Source: Nitrospirota bacterium
GTDB taxonomy: Bacteria; Nitrospirota; Thermodesulfovibrionia; Thermodesulfovibrionales; Dissulfurispiraceae
Direction: 5' to 3'
Length of the DNA stretch: 64,000 nucleotides
Assembly: GCA_963710375.1 (NCBI GenBank)
Contig: CAVPZX010000009.1
Location: 32,001 to 96,000 of the forward strand
Shown: in pieces, positions 51,085 to 60,426 of the stretch
Layout of the letters: each line of letters starts with the position of its first letter
Numbering within the stretch: position 1 is the first letter of the stretch
The notes under the pieces: generated by a model
The model's input: only the letters and a program-made list of their open reading frames with translations
Database searches by the model: none
What the model was told of the DNA's origin: nothing
Made by a program: the position numbers and the translations under genes

Positions 51085-52824
51085 ATGAACTTATTATCGG
51101 CACTACGTAAGAGAACATTTGTCTCTTTTATCCTGCTTGTCGCCATTCTGGCGGGCTTTTCCGGAGCTTATGCCTTACCTGATTCAAATATCCACATTAA
51201 AATCCTTGCCATTAACGACTTTCATGGCAGGCTGCCTGCAGGACACATGATTGGCAACCGCCCTGTGGGTGGGGCGGCAGTACTGGCATCATACCTCAAA
51301 GCTGCTGAACAGGGCATAGAGCACGACACCCTCATCGTTCATGCCGGTGATCAAGTGGGTGCATCGTCGCCGGTGTCAGGACTGTTGAAAGATGAGCCTT
51401 CAATCATGTTTATGAATACGCTGGCAAATAAGTATTGCCGATATAAAGGCGGCTTAGACCTCATATCTGCCTCAACAAGTCCGGGCCTTTTCGGGGACCC
51501 CAGGTGCAACATGGCAGCCACCATCGGCAATCACGAATTTGACAAAGGGGTGGACGAAATGATGCGCCTCATATTTGGCGGTAATCATCCCGACGGTCCC
51601 TTTCTCGAAAATCCCTGGCGGGGCGCTTTATTTCCCTATGTAGTATCAAATGTGGTCTATGCGAAAAATGGAAAGCACATCCTTCCTCCGTATGTCATCA
51701 AGAAGATAAACGGCTTGCAAATTGCGTTTATAGGCGCTGTGCTCAAGGACACACCCGGCATTGTCACTCCGTCTGCCGTGAAAGGCCTCACCTTTTTAGA
51801 TGAAGCAGAATCTATCAACAAGTGCATACCCGAACTCGGGGCCAAACATGTGAGTGCTATAGTTGTGCTGATACATCAGGGAGGCTACCAGACATCCTAT
51901 CAGGGCGACACACTTCAAGGAGAAAATGTCGATGGTCCCATCGCTGATATCGTTTCACGCCTGGATGATAAGGTCAACGTTGTCATATCAGGTCATACCC
52001 ACACATTCATCAACGCGTTTTTGAAAAATCGGCACGGCAAGGATATACTCGTTACCCAGGCTTATGCTTACAGCACCGCATACGCGGATATCGATCTGGA
52101 AATAGACCGAGCCACCAAAAATATTGTCAGGAAATCGGCATCCATTGTCACCACCTATGCCGACGCCGGCCCTGGACTGACCCCTGATCCTGAGGTTTCA
52201 AAACTCGTTGCAGCTGCTGAAGCAAAAGTCGGACCGATGATCCACCAGGTCGTCGGCCAGGCCACAACAGATATCACAGGAGAGCAAAACAGCGCAGGCG
52301 AATCCGCTCTTGGCAATCTGATTGCCGATGCCCAGAAGTCGTCCTTTGCCGCCGACTTTGCTTTCACAAACCCCGGCGGGATGCGTAGCGACGTCAAAGC
52401 TGGCGCTGTCACATGGGGTGTTATCTATGAGGTGCAACCCTTCAGCAATGATCTCGTAAAAATGACTCTGACCGGCAGCCAAATATATGATCTGCTTAAT
52501 CAGCAGTGGCAGCAGGGGCCTAATGAGTCGCGCCCGCGCATGCTCCAGATTTCCGGCCTTTCTTATATCTGGGACAGCACCCTCCCTGCAGGCAGCCGCA
52601 TAGTCAAGATATTCCGGAACGGCATCCCGATTGATCCTGCTGCCGAGTATACAGTCGTGGTAAACAGTTTCCTTGCCGGCGGAGGTGACGGTTTCAGTGT
52701 ACTTACCAAAGGCACCAGCCGGGCAACGGGTCCTGTTGATCTCGATGCAATGATAACCTATATCCGGAAATTGCCGCAGCCTTTTTCAGCAAAAATCAAC
52801 GGCAGGATCACAAGGGTTAAATAG
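51085..52824 (+). CDS. Exported bifunctional metallophosphatase/5'-nucleotidase
   Basis: Signal peptide, INDFHG, AGD, GNHEFD, GHTH, NPGGMR, FLAGGGDG. Confidence 0.92.
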   Translation: MNLLSALRKRTFVSFILLVAILAGFSGAYALPDSNIHIKILAINDFHGRLPAGHMIGNRPVGGAAVLASYLKAAEQGIEHDTLIVHAGDQVGASSPVSGLLKDEPSIMFMNTLANKYCRYKGGLDLISASTSPGLFGDPRCNMAATIGNHEFDKGVDEMMRLIFGGNHPDGPFLENPWRGALFPYVVSNVVYAKNGKHILPPYVIKKINGLQIAFIGAVLKDTPGIVTPSAVKGLTFLDEAESINKCIPELGAKHVSAIVVLIHQGGYQTSYQGDTLQGENVDGPIADIVSRLDDKVNVVISGHTHTFINAFLKNRHGKDILVTQAYAYSTAYADIDLEIDRATKNIVRKSASIVTTYADAGPGLTPDPEVSKLVAAAEAKVGPMIHQVVGQATTDITGEQNSAGESALGNLIADAQKSSFAADFAFTNPGGMRSDVKAGAVTWGVIYEVQPFSNDLVKMTLTGSQIYDLLNQQWQQGPNESRPRMLQISGLSYIWDSTLPAGSRIVKIFRNGIPIDPAAEYTVVVNSFLAGGGDGFSVLTKGTSRATGPVDLDAMITYIRKLPQPFSAKINGRITRVK

Positions 52825-53675
52825 CAAGATACTGTGCAGGGTTTTGTCTTATGCATTTCTTTATGATACCTTTATCGAACCCCATTTCAATCAGCCTGGA
52901 AGCTGCCTCCGGTATGCTCATGCTTCCACCCATGAGAGTGCCTCTGCTATCCGTAACGCCCAGGGGATGCATGGATTTTTTTGACTCCAGCACCGAATCG
53001 GAGACGATTATTATTCTTGCAGGATTCTTTACTTTAAATATCAAACCAATCGTTGCCTGATGGAGATGAAAGGGATCGGCAATGACTTCAATATAAACCT
53101 CCTGGTTGAGAAGTCCGAATCCCGCAATCCCCGGCTCGCGATGGTGAAAACATCGCATTGCATTAAAAATATGGGTAATGCCACGCGCACCTGCATGATA
53201 TCCGCTCTCAGCTTCACCATATGTTGCTGCCGAATGTCCCATGCTGGGAATAATCCCCTTATCAGCTATTTTTCGTATTATCGCCGCTGCGCCCTTCAGC
53301 CTCAGGAGCAATGGTGATAATTTTTACCATATCCTCAAATCCCTCTATCAGCTTTTGCAAATGGTATTCCGTCGGCTCAAGGAAAGCAGTTGCATCCAGC
53401 GCACCGCACTGTAAAGGATTCAGAAATGGCCCCTCAAGATGCAATCCTATGATCCTCGATTGAGTATCTGCCATGGCCTTCTGCAGCTCCATGGCATTTC
53501 TGACAACATCCATATGTTTTCTCATGACATTTATCTCTGCAGGGTAGATTGCAGGGACGATTTCGGCAACACCCAGGGCGCCATGTGCCGCTGCGATTGC
53601 CAGGATATCTTTTTCGTCAGGCATCCTTGTGTCGTACCCGCCGATACCGTGCGTATGAACATCGATAATTTTCAT
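52817..53675 (-). CDS. nagA: N-acetylglucosamine-6-phosphate deacetylase-like (short form); apparent +1 frameshift at 53300-53301
   Basis: DVHTHG, GLHLEGPF, TIAPE, GHS, THIFNAM, D..H, VSD; removing one base joins the two ORFs into 285 aa. Confidence 0.85.
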
Positions 53676-53729
53676 AAGAATATCTTAGCACAGGGAGAGC
53701 GGCGTGCGAGAGCTGAAAAAGAGCAGATT

Positions 53730-53924
53730 CTGCAATTCAGACACTGGATAAGTCTCTTACGCTCAGGCGCTGCGTCTTGACAGTTCTAACGACTCGTCAC
53801 GCTACAGGCGCAAAATTCAGCCCTTCGGACTTCAGTTTCGCGCCTGCTATACGCTTACTCGCCGAGAACTATTACCAAGACTCCGCGATTCGCTCCGGAG
53901 ACTTATCCAGTGTCTGAATTGCAG
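53730..53924. mobile_element. MITE-like non-autonomous element, 195 bp
   Basis: Perfect 27-bp terminal inverted repeats CTGCAATTCAGACACTGGATAAGTCTC; flanked by AGAGCAGATT / AGAGAAGATT (9/10 direct repeat). Confidence 0.8.
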
Positions 53925-54000
53925 AGAGAAGATTATTATTAGATATTTTGAAATAGCTCCAATGTTTTGGTATAGTTAATTTTACAATTCAGAAATAATC

Positions 54001-54738
54001 TTGATTAGGAGGGAGGAAGCAGTGCTCCTTTTAGGAAAATGGACACTTGACTCATTGGAGGATATGCTGCGGAAATCATCTTCATACAGCACGCCCGGAG
54101 AACGCATACATTACCTTTCCTCCCTTTTTCTTGACACTGCTTATAAAGAATCGACCCTGCTCGGAGACGCAGCTACCCCGGAGGTCTTTGTAATAAATCT
54201 CCAGGAAGTCGACTGTTTTACCTTCATTGAGTATATCGAAGCCATGAGGCTGTCAGGCTCGTTTCATGAGTTTGAAAAGAATCTGGAGATAATAAGATAC
54301 CGCTCCGGAAAAGTCGCCTTTACCGCAAGAAAGCACTTTTTTACCGACTGGAGTGAATTTAATAAGGATTTTGTTGACCATGTCACCAAACGTATAGGAG
54401 GGCGGGAAACAATACTGCTCCGTAAACAATTGAACAGGAAGGAGGATGGAACATCCTTTCTCTTCGGTATTCAGCCGATCAGTCGTGGCATTGAATATAT
54501 TCCTTCCAGTTCACTGGATGGTAAGCTTGTTGACAATCTGAAAACCGGTGACTATATCGGTATTTACTCGGCCGCTCCGGGTCTTGATGTTTCACATGTC
54601 GGTATTTTTATCAAAACCGGAGGCGAAACGTATCTAAGGCATGCTTCATCCGCAAAAGAGCACAGGAAAGTAATCGACCAGGATTTTAAAAACTACATCA
54701 AAACCAAACCGGGCATTATTGTACTGAGGCCGAAATAG
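54001..54738 (+). CDS. DUF1460 / AmiA-like NlpC/P60 amidase-domain protein
   Basis: VDCFTFIE, RKHFFTDW, GLDVSHVG, HASS. Confidence 0.82.
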   Translation: MIRREEAVLLLGKWTLDSLEDMLRKSSSYSTPGERIHYLSSLFLDTAYKESTLLGDAATPEVFVINLQEVDCFTFIEYIEAMRLSGSFHEFEKNLEIIRYRSGKVAFTARKHFFTDWSEFNKDFVDHVTKRIGGRETILLRKQLNRKEDGTSFLFGIQPISRGIEYIPSSSLDGKLVDNLKTGDYIGIYSAAPGLDVSHVGIFIKTGGETYLRHASSAKEHRKVIDQDFKNYIKTKPGIIVLRPK

Positions 54739-54743
54739 CTGCC

Positions 54744-55061
54744 CTATCTCAACCTGCTGCCGCACTTCCTGCAAATGCGCCTGTAAAGATCATTACCCAG
54801 ATATTTATTACATGAAGGACATCTCCAGTTAACGCGGCTGAAACCTATAAACGCAGCGATAACCATAATCTGCGCTCCGAAGAGAGTATTTCTTGAGAAC
54901 TCTCCCAGTACCGTCGGTCGCTTATAAAGCACAGCAAGAAACAACACAAGAAACAGCGTTATCCCTATGGCGATGAGCTGACGCCCCCGCCGCAACTCGA
55001 AATTTTGCATGATATTTTTTTCGTCTCTTTTTAACATCGTTACAAGTTTCCTTTTAAGCAT
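54744..55061 (-). CDS. Small membrane protein with C-terminal zinc ribbon (start uncertain)
   Basis: Two TM segments then NWRCPSC...CRKCG. Confidence 0.7.
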   Translation of the reverse strand: MLKRKLVTMLKRDEKNIMQNFELRRGRQLIAIGITLFLVLFLAVLYKRPTVLGEFSRNTLFGAQIMVIAAFIGFSRVNWRCPSCNKYLGNDLYRRICRKCGSRLR

Positions 55062-55162
55062 ATTATATCATCAGTACTTTCCGAGCTTCCGACTATTTAA
55101 AACTTACAGCGCGATGCTATACTTATTTGCAGCCTTATATTATTGCATGGGAGGATACAACC

Positions 55163-55759
55163 ATGAAGGTCATTGTCATCGGAGCAACAGGAACAATAGG
55201 CAGAGCAATCGTGCAGGCTATCGGGGACCGCCATGAGGTGGTTCCGGTCAGTTTCAGCAAATCAATGATTACGGTTGATATTTCGGACAAGACATCCATA
55301 ACAAAGATGTTCGAGACGACAGGACGAGTCGATGCCGTGATCATTGCGGCGGGACTCGCTAAGTTCGGTCCTATGGATTCCCTTACGGATGCAGACTTTG
55401 CACTTGGCCTCAACAATAAACTGATGGGACAGGTGAACCTGGTGCGCTTAGGATTGGACCACGTAAAAGACAATGGATCATTCACGCTGACGAGCGGCAT
55501 ATTAAGCCGCTTACCAATGAAGGGTTCGACTGCGATCAGTTTAGTGAACTCGGCTATTGAGGGTTTCAGTCGTGCGGCTGCGTTGGAAATGCCGCGAGGC
55601 ATTCGCATAAACACAATAAGTCCCAATTGGGTGATAGATACCCTCAAAGCCTTCAATATGGATGAGTCGATCGGCACTCCCGTTGAGGTGATCGCCCGCA
55701 CTTATGTACTGGCAATGGAAGGCTCCATGACCGGCCAGGTAATTGATGCAGTACAGTAA
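55163..55759 (+). CDS. Short-chain dehydrogenase
   Basis: GGAGG RBS; VIGATGTIG, KLMGQVN, GSFTLTSG, RINTISP. Confidence 0.88.
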   Translation: MKVIVIGATGTIGRAIVQAIGDRHEVVPVSFSKSMITVDISDKTSITKMFETTGRVDAVIIAAGLAKFGPMDSLTDADFALGLNNKLMGQVNLVRLGLDHVKDNGSFTLTSGILSRLPMKGSTAISLVNSAIEGFSRAAALEMPRGIRINTISPNWVIDTLKAFNMDESIGTPVEVIARTYVLAMEGSMTGQVIDAVQ

Positions 55760-56491
55760 GTGCGAGCAGCGAAGGGGGCTTCCATGAATCGACATCCGGC
55801 TCAAGGTTCAGACAGGCAATCTTATAACTCAGATGGCCTTTTTTGTTTCATGGATATCGTCGCAAAGGAGGCTGAAGGATATGCAAAAGACCATACAACA
55901 CCCATGTCGGAATTACTCGAGGAAGTCGAATACTTCACCCTCACAAGGACGATCTATCCAAGTATGCTCACCGGACGGGTCGAAGGGCGGTTTCTGCAGT
56001 TAGCTGCTCAACTATCAGGGGCGCACCGCATTGTCGACATAGGCACATTTACGGGTTACTCGGCCCTTGCCATGGCCGAGGTCCTGCCCGATGACGGCAA
56101 AATCCTGACCATCGAGCAGAATCCGGATCTTGCCAAGATCGCGCAGAATTTCTTCAACCAGAGCCCCAGCGTATCTAAGATCAACCTCCGGATTGGCGAG
56201 GCCCTCGAAATACTCAAGACCCTGCCGGATGAAAAGACAGACCTTGTATTCATCGACGCCGACAAACGCAACTACAGCGCGTATTACAGAGAATCGATGC
56301 GTATTTTGCGAATAGGCGGATTGATACTTGCCGACAATGCCCTGTGGTACGGCGGGATCTTCGATCCGAAAGACGACGAAGACCGGGCAATGGCAGACTT
56401 CAATAAACTGGTGAATGCAGACCACCGGACCGAAAAACTCTTTCTCACTATCCGGGACGGGATTTATTTGATAAGGAAGCGTATCAGCTAG
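55760..56491 (+). CDS. SAM-dependent O-methyltransferase (CCoAOMT-like); start uncertain, possibly 55850
   Basis: DIGTFTGYSAL, FIDADK, ADNALW, IRDG. Confidence 0.88.
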   Translation: MRAAKGASMNRHPAQGSDRQSYNSDGLFCFMDIVAKEAEGYAKDHTTPMSELLEEVEYFTLTRTIYPSMLTGRVEGRFLQLAAQLSGAHRIVDIGTFTGYSALAMAEVLPDDGKILTIEQNPDLAKIAQNFFNQSPSVSKINLRIGEALEILKTLPDEKTDLVFIDADKRNYSAYYRESMRILRIGGLILADNALWYGGIFDPKDDEDRAMADFNKLVNADHRTEKLFLTIRDGIYLIRKRIS

Positions 56492-56532
56492 ATGGTATTT
56501 TTTACATTGATCAGGTTGGTTATAATATCATG

Positions 56533-57093
56533 ATGGGTAAAACCGCAATCATCGACATAGACAATACTTTATGGCAGTTTTGTGATGCCTTTTACGAAGA
56601 ACTGAGAAAGCTTAACCAGGACTTTCCGCCCCCTGAAAACTGGACAGACTGGAATATTTGGGAAGGATATTGTACTGAACAGGAGTTTTACGAGGCAGTA
56701 AATGCTATTCATCTAAACCAGGACAGCGATGAGCATCAGCCTTATCCTGAAGCCAAAGGTTTCCTGTATGCGTTGAAACAGAATTACTACCATATCACAA
56801 TAGCAAGTCACCGATCTCCCGAGTATATGAGCCAGACCGAGAGATGGTTAAAGAAACATGGATTGGTTTATGATGACATCCACCTGTCCCATCATAAGAC
56901 CAGCTTATTTAATAACAGCATTGATGTTGTGGTGGACGACGCACCACAGGTATTGGAAAAAGCGGTAGAGAGCGGAGCTTTAGCCACAGGACTATTATTC
57001 CCGTGGAACCGTACCTATAGTGATAATGGGTTCAGGCTGTGCAGTGACCTCAATGAGATATTAGACTATATCCTGCAGAATAAGCCCTTATGA
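56533..57093 (+). CDS. HAD-superfamily 5'(3')-nucleotidase-like protein
   Basis: IDIDNTL (DxD), TERWL, VVDD. Confidence 0.75.
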   Translation: MGKTAIIDIDNTLWQFCDAFYEELRKLNQDFPPPENWTDWNIWEGYCTEQEFYEAVNAIHLNQDSDEHQPYPEAKGFLYALKQNYYHITIASHRSPEYMSQTERWLKKHGLVYDDIHLSHHKTSLFNNSIDVVVDDAPQVLEKAVESGALATGLLFPWNRTYSDNGFRLCSDLNEILDYILQNKPL

Positions 57094-57767
57094 TTCCGAT
57101 CCGAGATACCGTACCTAATAGAACATTCCCCTCGACCACGTGTATGCTCATAATCCTGTGCGGAATTGTTTTCCTGTTTGAAACCACCTTGCCGCAGGAA
57201 CAACTTGAGAATTTCACATATTATTTTGGGATTGTGCCTGTAGAGTATTCAAAGGGTCATCGTCATGGTCTGCCTCTGGTTCATTACCTGTCATTCCTGA
57301 CCACGATGTTCCTGCACGGGGGATGGCTGCATATCCTGGGTAATATGTGGTTTCTCAAGATATTCGGCAGCAAAGTAGAAGACAACATGGGACATGGCCG
57401 ATTCCTTGTGTTTTATTTGATCGTGGGGGTCTTGGCAAGTATGTTCTACATCCACTTCAGCCCACAATCCTCTATGCCTGTCATAGGTGCCTCAGGTGCG
57501 ATTGCCGGGGTTATGGGCGCATATTATGTGCTGTTTCCACGGGCAAGAATCCTGACGTTCATTCCAATATTTATTATCCCGTGGTTTATAGAGCTTCCAT
57601 CGTTAATTTTTTTGGGGTGGTGGTTCTTGCTGCAGTTATTTGCTGGAACAGTGACCCAGGTGTTGCCTTCATCCGGTGAAGGAGTAGCGTGGTGGGGACA
57701 CATAGGGGGGTTTATAGCCGGGGCTTTGTTGGTGACGTTCTTTAAAAAACCTTCCAGACAATACTGA
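57090..57767 (+). CDS. Rhomboid-family intramembrane serine protease
   Basis: MFLHGGWLHILGNM, GASG, AWWGHIGGF. Confidence 0.92.
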   Translation: MIPIRDTVPNRTFPSTTCMLIILCGIVFLFETTLPQEQLENFTYYFGIVPVEYSKGHRHGLPLVHYLSFLTTMFLHGGWLHILGNMWFLKIFGSKVEDNMGHGRFLVFYLIVGVLASMFYIHFSPQSSMPVIGASGAIAGVMGAYYVLFPRARILTFIPIFIIPWFIELPSLIFLGWWFLLQLFAGTVTQVLPSSGEGVAWWGHIGGFIAGALLVTFFKKPSRQY

Positions 57768-57833
57768 AACCCCCTTCCCTGCTCTCCGCGGCGCCGCACA
57801 AGAACCATCTTTACCCCCAAAGAAGTATTAGTG

Positions 57834-58346
57834 TCAATTTTGGGAAAGCGTCAGCATATCCACTGTTTTCCCTATCAGTCTGTCCATGTCAAGGAGTATT
57901 ATCAGTCTGTCCTCCAGCTTTGCTATGCCCGTTATAAACTCCGTGCCTGCTTCAGCAGCCACCTGAGGTGTGGGATCTACTATGTCTGATGGAATCCTCA
58001 ATACCTCCGATACCGCATCAACTACAAGTCCGACCGTCATGCCTTGTACGTCTATTATCATTATTCTGGATTGTGCATCATTTTCCTTTGAATCAAGTCC
58101 GAATTTTTTCCTTAAATCTATTACCGGCATGACCTTACCCCTCAGGTTAATAACCCCCTCAACGTAGGAAGGCGCATTGGGCACCCTTGTTATTTCTTTC
58201 ATCCTGTTTATTTCCTGTACCTTCAGTATATCCACTGCATATTCCTCACCGCCGAGGCCAAAGGTCACAAGCTGCAGCAAATCGCTTCTCTTGCCTTGCG
58301 CTTTGACCACCACCAAAGAATCCTGCGTTGCTAATAATGCGTCCAT
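57834..58346 (-). CDS. cheW: Chemotaxis coupling protein CheW
   Basis: QLVTF, VQEI, GVINLRG, GLVVDAVSEV. Confidence 0.93.
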   Translation of the reverse strand: MDALLATQDSLVVVKAQGKRSDLLQLVTFGLGGEEYAVDILKVQEINRMKEITRVPNAPSYVEGVINLRGKVMPVIDLRKKFGLDSKENDAQSRIMIIDVQGMTVGLVVDAVSEVLRIPSDIVDPTPQVAAEAGTEFITGIAKLEDRLIILLDMDRLIGKTVDMLTLSQN

Positions 58347-58402
58347 TTAATACCTCCCGTGTCCTTTTCTATAATAGGCTTACCCCATTAATGACTTCCG
58401 TT

Positions 58403-60038
58403 TCAATTGACTCGAAAGTGGTTGACATCTGTTCTTAATTCTACAGCCATCTTTGACAAGTTAGACGATTCCTGCCCTATTTGACAGGACCCGGCACTCG
58501 TCTCCCTTGATACGGTTGCTATAACCTCTATGTCACCGCTTATCTGCTCCGATACTGTTGACATCTCCTCTGTTGCCGACGCTATCTGCTGCACCATGGC
58601 CTGCAGACCGTTAACGCTGTCAACTATTTTACGGAGACCGCCTCCAGCCTGGTTTGCAAGTTCCACCCCTACTTTGACCTTTTTTGTCCCCTCTCCCATC
58701 GAGACAACCGCCTTTTCAGTCTCTGCCTGTATCGCGGTTATCATTTCTCCTATTTCAGATGTCGAATGTGCGGTCTTTTCAGCAAGCTTCCTGACTTCGT
58801 CAGCTACTACAGCGAAACCTCTTCCCTGCTCTCCTGCGCGCGCCGCTTCTATGGCTGCATTCAGGGCAAGAAGGTTTGTCTGGTCCGCTATATCCTTAAT
58901 TACGCCGATTATCTCTCCTATCTGCTTGGAACGGTCGCCGAGGGCAGTCATGATTTTCGCCAGATCTTCCACAGTCGCCGATATCTCCTGCACTTCATTG
59001 ACTGTTTTGCTCACTATAAGCGCGCCATCCTCAGACTGTCTTTAATGTGTCTGCTGATGAAGTTGCTATGTCAGAGCTGTTTTTTGCTATATCGATAACG
59101 GTCTGTGACATCTCTACAGACGCTGTTGCCACCTGATTCGCCTTGTTCGCCTGCTCCTCTACTCTCTTTGTCATCTGGGTCACTGTCGCTGACAGTTCTT
59201 CCGATGACGAGGCAACATGGCTGGCAGTGTCTGAAAACTTCCCTATCATACCGCTTAGCGATTTCTTCATCATGTTCAGGGCCCTGGCTAAAGCGCCTAT
59301 CTCATCCTTTGATCTTACATCCAAATCCTCGCAGGTCAGGTCGCCTTCTGCAATCTTTCCGGCAACTTCAATGCCTTTATGCAATGGCAGGACTATGCTC
59401 CGTGTAATCAATATCGAAATTATTACAGCGAGCACAATTGCAATGCCGCCGATCATAAACATCAATAACACTGCATTTTTGTATGACTTCACTGCTTCTT
59501 CATAACGTTCCTGGTTGCGGAGTTTCTGATAGTTGCTCAACTCATCTGAATCCTCGATCAATTTGCGCACTGCCGGACGCGCTTCCCTGTTCATGAAATC
59601 GACAGCTTCACCGTTCTTGTTTGCCATAGCAAGATCTATCACTTTGTTGTTTAACGGCTTTACAGTTTCTGCTGCGGCCCGCACTTTTTCTACAGCCTCG
59701 CGGCCTTTAGTATCATCCTTAGGCGTCATTTCATCGACCTTTTTCAATCCCTCATCCCGTTTCATCCTGTCGTCGCCCATCACTTTTATCTGCTCTTGTC
59801 TCTTTCCAGGATCCGTTACCAGAAGTATGTTGCGTAAAGATATGGATATTTCACGAGTTCTGTTTGCTATATCTGTGGAATATTCCATGCGAGTATTGTT
59901 GATTTTGACGATCCGTTCAAGATGGTCCTGTATGCGACCCATGCTGTAGGTGCCGATGAAAAGCAAAACTATCATCAGTAAAGTGACTGCGCCAAACCCT
60001 AATCCCAACCTCATCCCGACTTTTAAGTTCTTAAACAC
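58403..60038 (-). CDS. Methyl-accepting chemotaxis protein (4HB sensor); apparent +1 frameshift at 59035
   Basis: GTG start after AAGGAGG; TM-4[42 protein letters not shown]; removing A59035 joins the ORFs. Confidence 0.9.
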
Positions 60039-60234
60039 CTTTTCCTCCTTTGCCGGCATGTTTTAAATCCACGCCTGCTTGTGAATGTTTTATATACACC
60101 TCACAGTCCTCGAAAGCACTGCAACAATAAAACAGCGCTTTAAATATCTTCTGGCTGTTCATGTCAAAGCAATAACAATCCTCATAGGGATTTCCGGTTA
60201 AAGGGCATAAATTATTTTCTGCTTCAGAGTGCAT
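60031..60234 (-). CDS. Small Cys-rich hypothetical protein
   Basis: CPL...CYC...CC....C..Y pattern; lies between a sigma-54-like promoter and the MCP, overlapping the MCP start. Confidence 0.5.
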   Translation of the reverse strand: MHSEAENNLCPLTGNPYEDCYCFDMNSQKIFKALFYCCSAFEDCEVYIKHSQAGVDLKHAGKGGKGV

Positions 60235-60250
60235 CACGAAAATTTGTATT

Positions 60251-60267
60251 ATCAAAAATAATGCCAG
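60251..60267 (-). promoter_or_regulatory. Sigma-54-like promoter (-12 GA variant)
   Basis: Minus strand CTGGCATTATTTTTGAT (GG-N10-GA). Confidence 0.5.
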
Positions 60268-60426
60268 AGCACTCAACAATACTGAGCGTGTTGATTTATC
60301 CAGTAATTAAAGCAAGTTATGACGAAAGGTGAATATGATAGAAATCTTTGACTATCGGGAGAACTGTGTCATGAAACAACTGTATCATGGAACAATATTG
60401 TGTCATTACACGCACTGCGCAGGTGT

